Positions 9,401 to 18,037 of a stretch of 64,000 nucleotides of DNA are shown here, piece by piece. Under the pieces are notes generated by a model. That model did no database searches. It had not been told where the DNA came from and saw only the letters and a program-made list of their open reading frames with translations. The DNA is from a virus. The position numbers and the translations under genes are program-made. The DNA is taken from positions 107,495 through 171,494 of the IMG/VR virus record IMGVR_UViG_3300032770_000003; one strand, written 5' to 3'. The stretch's first letter is position 1; every line of letters begins with the position of its first letter.

Positions 9401-9592
9401 GTGCGCGGTGGGCTGTTCGGAGATCTCTGGGACCTGCCCAAACCCTTGGGCGCCACCCGGTTCACTGGCGTATTCGTACGTCCAGTGGTCCCCCTGCCAT
9501 TCACGACGGATGTACTTGTGGCCCGGCCGCTCTGTCGCGCCCTCTGGCGCGGGGCCCTTGAACAGATCGAGCTTCAATCCGTCGATGATCAT
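6452..9592 (-). CDS. Large multidomain virion-type protein with sigma-region-2-like segment and degenerate topoisomerase IB domain
   Basis: HKYIRREW...YEY N-terminus; AIESAIDLYNPKGEVDF; LPGLREY...AVALALLDQGKMR...LQTYHAT...EWGH...LIDP. Confidence 0.6.
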   Translation of the reverse strand: MIIDGLKLDLFKGPAPEGATERPGHKYIRREWQGDHWTYEYASEPGGAQGFGQVPEISEQPTAHTYVNPRTGEEHQRQTFQVVPKSHSFEVKQALLDVAPEKAYRAALQEALSEPGKQVPVKHSALKADLTLTVKRNGYLSLKRSDRAPDPLFSKEGESAQEKVFKSYASYEHWFLQTSNTQTVNDPEGRPWFNVIPVIGKVNKEENKIEWSTDPDRQYKLVYHPSFPIELRKPGREGHAGSLQRALSQLDDEYGAIEEALGRTPTKGKFSKQHPALKTEEAAPETAAEKEPEKPPLDMRALPSMDEVMRHPSIKWTYDPQTRKRELDVSPQEKNNIIQHAAKQYWGKLIDAANRYTNSPFFAGNKREVMGEWIGQDLPEGKEKPDQVYLLPDSVGYRAIESAIDLYNPKGEVDFTGWLAGKNGKINHYFADAQRSATDEETRLKRDRPDDAGGAAARRSATEEEAEESEHLADPEVTAARKQMYDPKVVLPRLTQALMQWEQTKPEKAPIIAQAKAAMRAIRTAPEGQKPEKIEKLMEVLNNAGMGRDLGITKSIDVNYVIMLMEQQALLHKALDILTRDKDVDPTHSYDHKEGGDDDPRYFYRDQNGNLLRYTNAPSGDPDRADFYGDPKLHPSEPSFDKNPEYFTPDGRKITRCPEADPEQIEWNAKYNRYDPKNLWVGRWRDPNTGEFRFTYVHSDIRAIPKLAINQQNTIVDARLPGLREYYSGLFNDSDKLKDQMTAVALALLDQGKMRAIELAALTSDSVILDGSLVTLGSRKVYVDNKMLSAFVVMKTTTPAGMPLFSVPSQGRDKVDPNVRRMMGPHYLSRVLDMQGVSLLGLQTYHATHTFAREVERLVAYYHASWEQAVNQALLTVALEWGHDFSQEPDPLRILQLVQEVLIDPVVMQVLQANAKAKGLIGSASAALPEATIPVPYVCIDLTDRTADETEFSQWIHSVPVHDYAEIPTDPSMMKALQLQEVTAHRQDGGTYQTKRWVNTGEAESAPEASAAPAETPAETEFDTQAEHSSPEHYHGVPPALAVRAT

Positions 9593-9635
9593 CTCAAGCC
9601 GAGAGTACTGTCTTCCCGTGCCAATTGGTAGCGGG

Positions 9636-11573
9636 TCAGCCCGCCTTCGGTGGACTCTGTAAGAAGCTTTGCTCGAACCAGCTCATCAAGGGCGTGTCTT
9701 GGAATCCCGCTGCTGGTGAGCTGCCGCCTTGTGGCTGGCCGCCGGCCGTGATCGGTGCAGTCCTGGATCCGAGAGAGTAATCCGTGGAGCCAAGGGGTTG
9801 CTTGACCGGCAAGCTTGGCGATGGCATCAAGCTGGGCTCGACGGGCGCGACGCCCAACAGATCCTGTTGATCGAGCAAGAAGCCGATGATCTCCTGGCGT
9901 GCCTGCTCTGGCTTGAGCCCCTCGAACGCGCATGCTTCCCCCCAGATCTTCGATGCAATCTCCATCAGCTGGGGATCGGGAACAGATCCGATCCGCCCCA
10001 AGAGTTGCTGGACTCCGTAGAGTGTTTCAACGTCGATCGGCGGTGGTCCCAACGGCATGCCGGTCATGGGGTTGAGGCCCATCATCGGTGCCATCGGATT
10101 CATCATCGGTGCCGGTACTTCACTGCCCGGTACCGTCGGACCAATGTCGTTCGGCAGCAGCGCCTTTCCAACGTAGCGGCGCTTGCCACCACTGGTCTCT
10201 ATGTACTGTCCACCACGCGGTCCAAACTGTGGTGAGCCACCAAAGGAGTAGCCGTACTCACCGTAAGGAAGCTTCACATTCTCTCCCTCTTCTTTGCCCG
10301 GGATCCCAATATCCCACTCTTTCGGAGTCCTGAGCTTCGGTGCGCGGTAGTTGAATCCATACTTGGCAGCCAACGCTTGATGGACCCTGTGAGCAGCTTC
10401 GGAATGTGCATCACCCTGCACACCACGAACACCGGCGACGTTGTAGGCGTGCGAAAACAGTGCCTCATACATCAGCTTCCCCAACCCCTTCCCGCGATGA
10501 GCCTCATCCAAGCCTGAGTGCGTTTCCACAGTAGAACCGCCTTCGTCGAACACACCCTGCGTATGGTGCACCGGACCACCGACTGTGCCCACGAGGTTTT
10601 GCCCATGCCGCAGCTGGGCCTCCATCATCTCATTGTTGATGTTTCCTGTTTTCTCACCACGAAGACCAGTGTGGTTGACGGACAGTGTGTAGCCTTGCTG
10701 CTGAAGATTCTCCGGCAGCATGTGCGAGTAGTCGAGGTCCTGTTCCCACTTGCCACCGGCGGTTTGCTCCTGCTTTCTTGGCGAACCAATAGGGTTCTGA
10801 GCCAAGGCAGCAGCTTTCTCGATCTCGCGGTAGAAGATGACCCCTCTACCAGACCCCACGTAGTGGTCGTCGTCATTCTCGTCGATGGGCTCAGCGTCGT
10901 CAGTAGCCGATGACTCTAGTCTTGCCGCCATCCGCTCCCGTGCGCCTGGTTTACGTTCTTCAAGCCGATCAACCATTCGGTCAAGGTCCAACGCCTTCTT
11001 CGCCTTGTCGGCGAGCATGCGCTTGAACTCGTCGAGACTCATCTCCTTCATGTCCCCGAAATAGCGCTTGTCGCTGTAGTTCTCCAGGAACGTCGCCTTG
11101 GCCTCTCGAACTGAGACGAAGCCGAGCATGACCTTCTGTTCATCCAGGCGACTGAAGCCGGGTCGCTTCATCTGATCGATGATGAACACCTTGTCGCTGT
11201 CATCGTTCGGGCCCAGAAAGACGTCGATCTCCTCTCCGTCGAGACCCTCTGTCCGGCGGATGTAGCCGTAGGGAACAGACATCTTGGTCTGCCCTGTCTG
11301 CTTGGTCACCGGATCTTGCCAGCTCAGCATCTGACCAGCGTTGGCTTCGATCGAAATCGGAATCCCCTGAAACACCACACGCCGGACGATCTTCCGCTGC
11401 AATGCCTTCTTCCACACAACAGCCTTCGCTGGCGTGGGCGTGAAGACGTCGAAGTGACGAGCCATCTCTAGTTCGTCGGCTGAATGATCATGCTGATCAG
11501 TCAGCGACTTGGTCAGGCAGCTTCCGCCTCCGCTCGCGCAGTTCGCACAGCAGGATTTCTTCACGTCTGTCAC
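9636..11573 (-). CDS. Polyvalent-type protein: InPase domain plus GNAT acetyltransferase
   Basis: GIPISIE...YGYIRRTEGLDGEEIDVFLG...VFIIDQ...DEQKVMLGF; GNAT motif A LDEAHRGKGLGKLMYEAL. Confidence 0.75.
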   Translation of the reverse strand: MTDVKKSCCANCASGGGSCLTKSLTDQHDHSADELEMARHFDVFTPTPAKAVVWKKALQRKIVRRVVFQGIPISIEANAGQMLSWQDPVTKQTGQTKMSVPYGYIRRTEGLDGEEIDVFLGPNDDSDKVFIIDQMKRPGFSRLDEQKVMLGFVSVREAKATFLENYSDKRYFGDMKEMSLDEFKRMLADKAKKALDLDRMVDRLEERKPGARERMAARLESSATDDAEPIDENDDDHYVGSGRGVIFYREIEKAAALAQNPIGSPRKQEQTAGGKWEQDLDYSHMLPENLQQQGYTLSVNHTGLRGEKTGNINNEMMEAQLRHGQNLVGTVGGPVHHTQGVFDEGGSTVETHSGLDEAHRGKGLGKLMYEALFSHAYNVAGVRGVQGDAHSEAAHRVHQALAAKYGFNYRAPKLRTPKEWDIGIPGKEEGENVKLPYGEYGYSFGGSPQFGPRGGQYIETSGGKRRYVGKALLPNDIGPTVPGSEVPAPMMNPMAPMMGLNPMTGMPLGPPPIDVETLYGVQQLLGRIGSVPDPQLMEIASKIWGEACAFEGLKPEQARQEIIGFLLDQQDLLGVAPVEPSLMPSPSLPVKQPLGSTDYSLGSRTAPITAGGQPQGGSSPAAGFQDTPLMSWFEQSFLQSPPKAG

Positions 11574-11719
11574 GCCGCCTTCGGACCGTCGCCGTCCCCT
11601 TCATCGTCATCGTCGTCAGGGTCAAACCAGAAGGGGTCGGGGCGGTACATGGCACCAGGCTCCGCGGTGCCATCATCGCCTTCGAGCGGGAGTTGTTCGT
11701 CATCAGGAGGAGCCATATG

Positions 11720-11980
11720 TCAGAAGCCTTTCTTAGGAGGAGGCGTCGGCAACAGATGTCTGTGGTCGTACTCATTCAACCTGTGGTCGCACTCGTTCAG
11801 CTTGGCGTCCATCTCGTACACGTGTTCAGTCAGACCAGCCATTTTGTTCGCGAGATCGTGTACGCGTTTGCGCAGCATATTGAGTTCTCGTGCCGTGTTT
11901 CGCGACTGCCAGAGCATGCCACCGAATGTCGAAGCTACCGCCAAAGCACTAATAATCAGCGTGATGTCGAGATTAACCAT
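11720..11980 (-). CDS. Small membrane protein (TM helix plus coiled coil)
   Basis: Hydrophobic ITLIISALAVASTFGGMLW followed by a heptad-like segment. Confidence 0.5.
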   Translation of the reverse strand: MVNLDITLIISALAVASTFGGMLWQSRNTARELNMLRKRVHDLANKMAGLTEHVYEMDAKLNECDHRLNEYDHRHLLPTPPPKKGF

Positions 11981-12037
11981 CGGGTTAAGAGTAGCGTCAC
12001 CCGACCTGACCTTTGCAAAGATTTCTTGCAGTGCTGC

Positions 12038-14362
12038 TTACAGATACGTCGATAACCAACTTTGTAGGGCCTTGTAGGCAGTTGGCTCGATCGGCGTCTG
12101 CTGACTCCCTGCATTCGTCGGCGGTGCCGCTGGTCCTACCATCCTGGTAGGACGGGGCATACCCATCGGCGCCTGGACTGTGCTGGAGCCCGCACTCGGC
12201 TGTACCTGGTACATGCCCGGGATTGGCCCTTGTCGCTGGGTAGTCGGCATTGGGTTACCAACCTGTGGCTTTCCTTGATCAGGATTGAGAAGACCCTGCA
12301 AACTCGCGAATGGATCTCTCGGTGTAGACCCAGATGGTGAGCCGCCTGGAGGTCCCGCCGGTCCCCCTGGTCCCATGCCCTGGGTCCCCATGGGGGGCTG
12401 TCCCTGGGGCGTGCCCATCGGCGGTTGGCCCGGGTTCGAGGACGGTGGCTGAGCCGCGGGCGGGGGCATCTGCGGCTTGGGCATCTGCATGCTCGGCAGC
12501 CCGGGTGCCTGCCCGGACGGGGCTCCGGCACCTGGTTGACCACCAGCCTGCGGCATGGCCGGACGCATCATGTTCGGTGCCCCTGGCTGGGGGCCGCCCA
12601 TGGGCCCGCCACCGCCTGGAGGTGTCATTCCTCCCCCCGGAGGTCCGCCGCTGTTCGGAGGCGGCCCGCCACCCATGGGTGGAACGCCACCGCCCATTCC
12701 AGGAGGTCGGGACGGAGGAGTCATACCGCCGCCCCCCGGCGGCTGCATTCCGCCCATGCCCTGTCCGCCACCCATCCCAGGTGCACCACCCATAGGAGGC
12801 GGTGTAGGGGGGCGTGGGGGCGCAGGGGGCTGCATCCCACCCGGACTCATCATCGATTGGCCCCCGGGCGGCGGCGAGGGAGGTGGAGCTGGTGGTTGGC
12901 CGCCCATTCCCCCTCCACCCATCCCGCCTGGCATCTGTGGCGGCCTGACCTGCCCTGGAGGAGGTTGGCCAGCTCCCATCGCGCCCATCCCTGGCATCGC
13001 GCTCTGACCCATCCCTGGCGGCATGGGAGGCGGCGCAGGCTTCGCGAGCGCGGGTCCGGGCGGCTGCCCCCCCATACCACCTCCGGGCGGCGCTCCCCCG
13101 AATTGCGGCCCGCCCGGAGGTGGCGAGGGAGAACCCATTCCCTGAGATCCGGGAGGCGGTCCCATCCCCGGCATGCCTGGACCCTGACCCGGTGTCGGGG
13201 GCGTCGCCCCGCCCATCCCGGGCGGCTTGGGCATCTGAGCCATGGGCATCCCAGCTCCCGCGCCCTGCGTGTTCGGCTGGGTCGCACCCGGACCTGGCAT
13301 CATCGTGCGCCCACCCTGCGGCGTGCTCATCGGCGGTCCCTGCGGGGGCTGGAACTTCTGAGCGAAACGCTCCATGGGGCTCTGTGAGTCAGATCCCATC
13401 TGTTTGTGCGCCGCCGACGCTTGCAGGTGCTGGGAAGCTTCCTGGGGGCTGCCAGCGGCGCCTGCCAGCTTCTCGTGCTGAGCGGCTGCAGCTTCGTGAT
13501 CCTGCTTGTCGAAATCCTTGTGAGCAGGGTGGAAAGGGTCGGCGTAGATCGGAATCCCAGAGGGAGCGAGTCCGATCGGGTTCCCCTGGTGAGGTATCTG
13601 CTGCGGCTGCGAGGCTCCCCGCATCCCCACACCAGGGATCTGGGGAGCGCCCTGACCCATGGGCGGCTGTTGATGCTGCTGCTGTTGCAGCGGAACATCC
13701 ATCGTCCCGAGTGCCTTAGTAAACGACTTCAGGATGTCAATGGATTTGTTCGCAAAGTAGTTCGGATCTTTGCTTAGCTTCGAGTGGGCACCCTCAGCCA
13801 TGCTGTGAGCTGCTGCTCTTCCGGCGGCGAGTTCCTTGCTCGCGTAGCTTTGCTTGGCATATTCCTGCGCGACTGGTTTATTGCCACCAGCATAAGCATT
13901 GGAACGTTCTGTCGCCGCCCGCTTGTTATGCATTTTGGCAGCGTCTTCATGATCTTCTTTCGTGAAATCAGCATGCTGTTGCTGGTGCGCTTTGATCTCT
14001 TGCTTCAGCTTGTCGGTAGCGTCCGTGCCACCAGATTGGGCTGAACGTGCTGCTGACACAAAAGAGTCATTAGGACCGTAAACAGGCTTCCCCGATCGCG
14101 TGTGGCCGATGACGTTGCCACCCCGCGATCCCTCGCCGCCGCCCGCCTTGAGCACCAGCTCCGGATTCACTTCGGGCGCGAAGCGGTTGGGCTGGAAGGC
14201 AGACGGGTAGCCGTGGAAGGCACCTCTGCGCGTGATGGGAGTTCCCATGCGGAAGTGTTCTTCGGCACGCGCCTGGTGGGTCTGGGCCTTTTCGATGGGC
14301 TCAGCGAATTGCGGATCGGCCCAGTTCAGTGGTCGCTTGGAGCCAAAATCGAAGTTGCTCAT
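12038..14362 (-). CDS. Pro/Gly/Met/Gln-rich disordered virion-type protein
   Basis: GEGSRGGNVIGHTRSGKPVY motif; about 400 aa of low-complexity P/G/M/Q sequence. Confidence 0.7.
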   Translation of the reverse strand: MSNFDFGSKRPLNWADPQFAEPIEKAQTHQARAEEHFRMGTPITRRGAFHGYPSAFQPNRFAPEVNPELVLKAGGGEGSRGGNVIGHTRSGKPVYGPNDSFVSAARSAQSGGTDATDKLKQEIKAHQQQHADFTKEDHEDAAKMHNKRAATERSNAYAGGNKPVAQEYAKQSYASKELAAGRAAAHSMAEGAHSKLSKDPNYFANKSIDILKSFTKALGTMDVPLQQQQHQQPPMGQGAPQIPGVGMRGASQPQQIPHQGNPIGLAPSGIPIYADPFHPAHKDFDKQDHEAAAAQHEKLAGAAGSPQEASQHLQASAAHKQMGSDSQSPMERFAQKFQPPQGPPMSTPQGGRTMMPGPGATQPNTQGAGAGMPMAQMPKPPGMGGATPPTPGQGPGMPGMGPPPGSQGMGSPSPPPGGPQFGGAPPGGGMGGQPPGPALAKPAPPPMPPGMGQSAMPGMGAMGAGQPPPGQVRPPQMPGGMGGGGMGGQPPAPPPSPPPGGQSMMSPGGMQPPAPPRPPTPPPMGGAPGMGGGQGMGGMQPPGGGGMTPPSRPPGMGGGVPPMGGGPPPNSGGPPGGGMTPPGGGGPMGGPQPGAPNMMRPAMPQAGGQPGAGAPSGQAPGLPSMQMPKPQMPPPAAQPPSSNPGQPPMGTPQGQPPMGTQGMGPGGPAGPPGGSPSGSTPRDPFASLQGLLNPDQGKPQVGNPMPTTQRQGPIPGMYQVQPSAGSSTVQAPMGMPRPTRMVGPAAPPTNAGSQQTPIEPTAYKALQSWLSTYL

Positions 14363-14365
14363 GGG

Positions 14366-14848
14366 TTATCCAATCCCGTTTCGGGTCACGTGGCGGCCCT
14401 CCACCGAGCTTCCGCCAAGACCCGCGTTCCAGTTCTCTTCCTCGCGGAGCTGAGCTTCCACCAGCTGCCGGACCTTGTCCTTCTCACTCGGTGAGAACTG
14501 AGTGAGGATCTCTGCTTGCTGTGGTTCCATGTTCCGGAACCGCTGCGGATACATCACCGTCAGCAGCGCCAGATGGATAGGCAGAAGCGCGTATGGCTGA
14601 GCACTGTTGTGGACAGCATCGATCACCATGTTCTTGGCCCACTCGTAATCGAGCGTTCCATCCGGGTTGCGCCGGATGGTAGCCATTGCATGCGTGCTCG
14701 GTCGGTCATCCATGCCCTTGTACTGGGGGACGAAGCGCTGATGCGGCTGCGCCGACTCCCAGCTCGGATTCACCTGCTGACCCGTCGCCTTGATCAGACG
14801 AGGGTCTTGGATCCACAGGGGCAGTCTCGATCCGTGATCTCCAGTCAT
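14366..14848 (-). CDS. Hypothetical head-module protein
   Basis: ATGA-coupled to the upstream gene; RLIKA motif. Confidence 0.55.
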   Translation of the reverse strand: MTGDHGSRLPLWIQDPRLIKATGQQVNPSWESAQPHQRFVPQYKGMDDRPSTHAMATIRRNPDGTLDYEWAKNMVIDAVHNSAQPYALLPIHLALLTVMYPQRFRNMEPQQAEILTQFSPSEKDKVRQLVEAQLREEENWNAGLGGSSVEGRHVTRNGIG

Positions 14849-15060
14849 GGCTTCTTGATCTCGATGGTTGCGGGTGGGGGAGGAGGAGACGTGGGAGGGG
14901 TTGGATTCCAAAGCGTCTCTGAGCGAGCGAGCGCTGCGAGCGCGTAGCCCAGCCCAGCGAAAGCGACACTGAAGGGAGCCAGTGACGGAATGTTGATCTG
15001 GCTGGCTGAGGTAAACACAGCTCCAGCGATCAGCAGAATGAGAGTCTGTGCCTTGTTCAT
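14845..15060 (-). CDS. Small two-TM membrane protein
   Basis: Two hydrophobic stretches; coupled overlaps on both sides. Confidence 0.5.
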   Translation of the reverse strand: MNKAQTLILLIAGAVFTSASQINIPSLAPFSVAFAGLGYALAALARSETLWNPTPPTSPPPPPATIEIKKP

Positions 15061-15698
15061 TGTTTTTTCAGCTCCTCTAGACCAGGTTTCGTGTTCATCA
15101 AGTCAGTCATCAAACCACTGAGATCGTGCTGACCTTCGCCAGACTTCGCTCTGCCAGCTCCGCCTGAGATGAACGTACCGATCGAGGGATCACGATGCGG
15201 GTTGGCCTTGTTTGTGTTGAGGTAGAGCTGATCGTGTCGCTCATCCGCTAGGTCAGCATCTGACCGCGGATAGTCGCGATTGGTGTGGTCGAACGTGCGG
15301 GCCCACTTGACTGGATCGATGCCCTTGAGCACCAGTGCCGGCTCTTCCACGATCGCGAGGTAGAGATGCGGCGCCGACTTCTTCGCGTAGATGGGCTTGC
15401 CGCTAGAGGTATGCCCGGTGATGTGCCCACCCCGTGAGCCTTCACCACTCTCCTTACCTCCTCCCCCACTCGGTTTGGCAAACCGGCGAAGGCTCTCATC
15501 CCCGCCGCGCCACTTCGGGTTGGGACTGTCATCGGGCCACTCATCGTCATCGAGTTGGTAGTTGGGTTCGAAGCGTTGGTACTTGAACTTGTTGCCGTAG
15601 AGGTCGACACCGCTGCCGCTGGTGAACCCCTCCTCTTCAGCGGATCCTTTTTTCGCCTTGAAGACTGAGACATCCGGAATGGCAAGATAAAGACGCAC
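15057..15698 (-). CDS. Virion-type protein with GSRGG-x-GHT-x-SGKPIY motif
   Basis: GEGSRGGHITGHTSSGKPIY; NPHRDPSIGTF. Confidence 0.6.
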   Translation of the reverse strand: MRLYLAIPDVSVFKAKKGSAEEEGFTSGSGVDLYGNKFKYQRFEPNYQLDDDEWPDDSPNPKWRGGDESLRRFAKPSGGGGKESGEGSRGGHITGHTSSGKPIYAKKSAPHLYLAIVEEPALVLKGIDPVKWARTFDHTNRDYPRSDADLADERHDQLYLNTNKANPHRDPSIGTFISGGAGRAKSGEGQHDLSGLMTDLMNTKPGLEELKKQ

Positions 15699-15707
15699 GG
15701 AAGCCCC

Positions 15708-17318
15708 TCAGCGTCCGCCCCATGGAATGTCCATCCGTGGGTGTACGTTGTGGATAAGGCGGAGCCGCATCTCAGCGATCTCCTGACTCCGACGAAGATC
15801 GTCCTGAACCCTCTTCAGGCGGATGTCTTCGCTGTCAGCGACTCCCTGCACGGTATCAGTGACGGGGGGTGCAATACCGGTATACATCCGGGATGTCTGA
15901 GTCGTAGCCGAACGGAAGATTCCGTTCGGGTCGTAAGCCGGCTGGCGAAGGTACACGGGAATGGCAAGCGCACGAGAGGTGAGCGCCTTGTCCATGTGAT
16001 GCTCTTTGCACATGCCCGCCTTGCACGCTTTGCAGGAACCCGCATCGGACATTGACTTGCTGTGGGCTCCGATTCCCATGCTTCCTCCGGTCCCTGCACT
16101 AGCAGCAGGAGCAGCCGAAGCTGCTGGCGCCGGTGCGGGTGTTGTGTGTTGTGCTGGTGCTGTCGCTGCAGGAGCTGCAGGTGCGGGCGCAGCGGGAGCA
16201 GCAGGTGCGGGAGCCGGCGAAGACGCCTGTCCGCCGCCTCCTCCACCGCCACCTCCACCGCCACCTCCAGCGCCACCTCCAGCGCTGTGGCCACCGCCGC
16301 CCCCCATGTGGCCGCCCATGCTGGGTGTGATCGGCGCAGTCAGTGACTGAATCCCTGAGCTGGCAAGGTGGCTCGCCTCACCCGCCAGGGCGGTCGGTGG
16401 ACCAACAGTTGGGCCGCCTGCTTCAGCCCCCAGCTCGCGACCGAACCCCATACCCTGTGCCCAGCCGCTTCCAGCTGTCGGACCAAACGTCGTATCGAGA
16501 CCACCGCCACCAGCCATGGCGTGTTTCAGAATGTTCAGCGCCTCACGATTGGTTTCGAGAGAGCGGCGGTAGAACATCTTGAAGCCGTGGTGAGCCCATT
16601 CCAGAGGGCTCTTGTGACCTTCCTCTTCTTCCTCCTCCTCTTCCTCCTCCTCTTCCTCCTCCTTCTCTTTCCCTTCCGCCTTCATCAGGCCAAAGAGAGC
16701 GCCGAGAGACTTGTCGGCGCCGTCGCCACGGTCCTTGGCATCGACGCCTTCCGACTCCACCTCATTGGGGGAGACAGTGATGGTCACGTTGATCTCGGGC
16801 GCGAAAGAGACGTCACCGTCCGCCTCACCGTCAGAGCCTGTGGCCTTCTTGACCATGCCATCGGAGCACTTCTCCACCTCTTCCATGAAGCCTTCCATGG
16901 ATGGATCTTCGTCACGCAATTCGGTGTTCTTCTTCACCGCTTTGGCACCACCCATGAGTTGAGCATCAGTCAAGACAGGAACCTCCACAGTGGGACGTTG
17001 ATGACGATCGGGAATCTTTGCCATGGGCCGGGGCTCTTCGGCGCGGCTCTGGTACTTGATCGGATCAAGCACAGGCAGCTCCTGTGTCTTGGCGTTCTCG
17101 CGATTGCCCCGCGGTCCGTACTTTGGTCTGCCGCTCGACGTGGTCCCAATGACGTTGCCACCACGGGAACCAACATCCTTTGAAACGGACTTACCGCCTG
17201 CTCTGCGCTGGGTCTCAAGTGCAATCGCAATTGCTTGATCCCGTGGTTTGCCAGCTTCCTGCTCGCGTTTTATGTTATCACCCACTGCGTCATCAGAAGG
17301 GCTATTCACTAGGGGCAT
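15708..17318 (-). CDS. Low-complexity virion-type protein (poly-Glu, poly-Gly, Ala/Pro tracts)
   Basis: Start reassigned to MPLVNSPSDDAVGDNIKREQEAGKPRDQAIAIAL; GSRGGNVIGTTSSGRPKY. Confidence 0.65.
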   Translation of the reverse strand: MPLVNSPSDDAVGDNIKREQEAGKPRDQAIAIALETQRRAGGKSVSKDVGSRGGNVIGTTSSGRPKYGPRGNRENAKTQELPVLDPIKYQSRAEEPRPMAKIPDRHQRPTVEVPVLTDAQLMGGAKAVKKNTELRDEDPSMEGFMEEVEKCSDGMVKKATGSDGEADGDVSFAPEINVTITVSPNEVESEGVDAKDRGDGADKSLGALFGLMKAEGKEKEEEEEEEEEEEEEEGHKSPLEWAHHGFKMFYRRSLETNREALNILKHAMAGGGGLDTTFGPTAGSGWAQGMGFGRELGAEAGGPTVGPPTALAGEASHLASSGIQSLTAPITPSMGGHMGGGGGHSAGGGAGGGGGGGGGGGGGQASSPAPAPAAPAAPAPAAPAATAPAQHTTPAPAPAASAAPAASAGTGGSMGIGAHSKSMSDAGSCKACKAGMCKEHHMDKALTSRALAIPVYLRQPAYDPNGIFRSATTQTSRMYTGIAPPVTDTVQGVADSEDIRLKRVQDDLRRSQEIAEMRLRLIHNVHPRMDIPWGGR

Positions 17319-17320
17319 GG

Positions 17321-18037
17321 TCAAGCCTCCGCACACAACACGGACTGACGTGTGGTTTTTGTCAATCTCGTAATGTTGACTGAGCCGTCCGACTCCCTTG
17401 ATTGCACAGTTGCTAAAGCAACTTTCTTCATTACAGAACTGAGTCTGACACCACAAGCACGTGCCCACTGCTCTGGAGATTTGGCTGCCTTAGTACTGTT
17501 GCAGGGCTTGCACGCCGGAGCCAAGTTGTGTCGAGCGTGAAGTCCGCCCTTTACCAGAGGTACGATATGGTCAAGTGTCGTGGCGGCTCGTTTGCGGCAC
17601 CAAGCGCATTTGCCATCGAACGTACGAAAAAGGACGCGCAAGAATTCCAGACTAACAATCTCAACAGTGGCTGAGTGTATTCGTGCGCGACGACGATGCC
17701 AGCGCAACAAGGCACCAATTTTGCCCACAGGGCTGTAGTAATAGGCGCGGTTCTGTTTGAGTATCGCAGCCCTGTGCTTTGTATATCGAGAAGCGTGATA
17801 GGCCGCTATCTTTGTCTTGTTCGCCTGTCGGTAGGCGATGTCCTTTTCTCTGTTGTTACTGCGGTAACGTAATTCGATTTCACGAACCTTGGCGTAGTTG
17901 GTCTTGCGATAGACCTTGGCACGAAGGCGATGACACACACGACACCAACCTCCGTATCCATTCGGACAATTCTTATTCCTGACGAACGCACTGAGTGGAA
18001 GTGTGTGTCGACATTTGATACAAATGCGCGTGATCAT
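17321..18037 (-). CDS. HNH endonuclease with N-terminal Zn finger
   Basis: CIKC...WCRVC; CAWC...TLDHIVPLVKGGLHARHNLAPACKPCNSTK. Lower GC than its neighbours; directly after the portal. Confidence 0.88.
   Translation of the reverse strand: MITRICIKCRHTLPLSAFVRNKNCPNGYGGWCRVCHRLRAKVYRKTNYAKVREIELRYRSNNREKDIAYRQANKTKIAAYHASRYTKHRAAILKQNRAYYYSPVGKIGALLRWHRRRARIHSATVEIVSLEFLRVLFRTFDGKCAWCRKRAATTLDHIVPLVKGGLHARHNLAPACKPCNSTKAAKSPEQWARACGVRLSSVMKKVALATVQSRESDGSVNITRLTKTTRQSVLCAEA

Noticed and set aside
15708-17468. Start at 17468 overlapping the HNH gene
   Set aside because: A GGAGG RBS and a typical MPL...NI..E..AGKP..QAIAIAL N-terminus support ATG 17318.
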